Shown in pieces: positions 33,147 through 33,871 of a stretch of DNA of 33,871 nt. Position 1 is the first letter of the stretch; every line of letters starts with the position of its first letter. This stretch comes from a bacterium (lineage in GTDB: Bacteria > Bacteroidota > Bacteroidia > NS11-12g > UBA9320): assembly GCA_047639155.1 (NCBI GenBank), contig JBLING010000002.1, forward strand, positions 1 to 33,871, read 5' to 3'. The translations under genes and the position numbers were made by a program. The notes under the pieces were generated by a model that did not search any database, was not told the DNA's origin, and worked only from the letters and a program-made list of their open reading frames with translations.

Positions 33147-33871
33147 ATGTATAGAAACCTTTTCCTGATTTGCGACCGTGATGGCCTGCGTCAACTTTCT
33201 GTTTTTGAATGCGACTTGGTCTAAACTTACTGTCTTGGTAAAATAAATTGTACATAGATTCTGTTACAGAAAAATTAGTTTCTACCCCAATCAAATCCAT
33301 TAGTTTAAACGGGCCCATTTTAAAACCGCTTGATTCCAATAAGGCGTCAATATCCTCATGATTTGCAACATTTTCTTCCAACACTTTAAGGCCTTCAACA
33401 TAATAATGTCTCGCTACTCTATTCACTATGAAGCCAGGCGAATCTTTCGCCATGATTGGTGTTTTTTTAATTTGTTTCACAAAGTCGTATGCAAATTGTG
33501 CAACCTTACTAGAGGTATGTGCGCCACTGACAACTTCAACAAGCTTCATTATATGTGCTGGGTTGAAAAAATGAATCCCTACAACACGTTCTGGATGCGG
33601 AATTGCTGCTGAGATTTGTGTAATTGGTATTGACGACGTGTTGGTTGCTAATATTGTCTTTTCACTGTTTAAAGATGCCAGTTCTTGAAACAACTTTGTT
33701 TTAACATCTAAACGTTCTACAATTGCTTCAATGACCAAATCAACTTTAAGGTCGTTTAGATCAAACGTCGTTTCAAGCAATTCCAACGTAGACTTTTTAT
33801 CTGCATCAGTTAATTTTCCAATAGATATAACCTTATTAAGGTTTTTTTCAATTTTACCTCGAGCTTTCGTA
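33139..33871 (-). CDS. hbd: 3-hydroxyacyl-CoA (3-hydroxybutyryl-CoA) dehydrogenase, C-terminal part; the 5' end lies outside the window
   Basis: The frame stays open beyond the listed Met to the window edge (...GKLTDADKKSTLELLETT...). TNTSSIPIT, GIHFFNPAHIMKLVEVV, DSPGFIVNR and MGPFKLMDLIGVE are typical of this family. Confidence 0.88.
   Translation of the reverse strand, partial: TKARGKIEKNLNKVISIGKLTDADKKSTLELLETTFDLNDLKVDLVIEAIVERLDVKTKLFQELASLNSEKTILATNTSSIPITQISAAIPHPERVVGIHFFNPAHIMKLVEVVSGAHTSSKVAQFAYDFVKQIKKTPIMAKDSPGFIVNRVARHYYVEGLKVLEENVANHEDIDALLESSGFKMGPFKLMDLIGVETNFSVTESMYNLFYQDSKFRPSRIQKQKVDAGHHGRKSGKGFYTYA

Noticed and set aside
1-33871. I scanned for CRISPR arrays, tRNA/rRNA genes, IS or transposase genes, integrases, prophage genes, toxin-antitoxin pairs and known defence-system genes.
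   Set aside because: I saw no regularly spaced direct repeats and no tRNA-like T-arm (GTTCGAATC-type) in any spacer. No ORF has transposase, recombinase, nuclease-ATPase or similar motifs. The window looks like core chromosome, not an accessory island.

Overview
The window is a compact, mostly housekeeping chromosomal segment. It looks like a Bacteroidota (Flavobacteriia-like) genome for four reasons: two T9SS C-terminal sorting domains, TAnnTTTG -7 promoter boxes in front of many genes, no Shine-Dalgarno sequences, and a bacterial GH3-family gene. I support 29 protein genes:
- Nucleotide, amino-acid and tRNA enzymes: nrdJ (5' partial), glutamate dehydrogenase (gdh), dusB, trhO and a 3-hydroxyacyl-CoA dehydrogenase (5' partial).
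- Phospholipid genes: psd, cdsA and a CPBP protease.
- The rimP-nusA-infB operon, followed by a lipoprotein gene.
- Surface and secreted proteins: a 1632-aa PKD adhesin with a type B T9SS domain, a Kelch protein with a type A T9SS domain, and an LVIVD lipoprotein.
- Other: an MBOAT plus SGNH-like pair, two tandem thioredoxin-fold paralogs, an alkyltransferase-like (ATL) protein, a cold-shock protein and several hypothetical proteins.

I found no rRNA, tRNA, CRISPR array, transposase, integrase, phage gene or recognisable defence gene. No clear multi-gene novel system is visible.

The most unexplained structure is the 605-bp ORF-free gap between the GH3 gene and trhO (11365-11969). It holds a ~420-bp element bounded by imperfect inverted hairpin modules around a GC-rich, hairpin-dense core. 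Other leads:
- an intrinsic terminator that must be read through, 11 nt upstream of rimP-nusA-infB;
- the translationally coupled MBOAT/SGNH-like O-acylation pair with unknown substrate;
- an LEA-like protein built from 11-residue repeats;
- the ATL protein with Cys replaced by Ala;
- the tandem multi-cysteine TlpA-like paralogs.

All calls come from reading the sequence and ORF translations. No database search was run.
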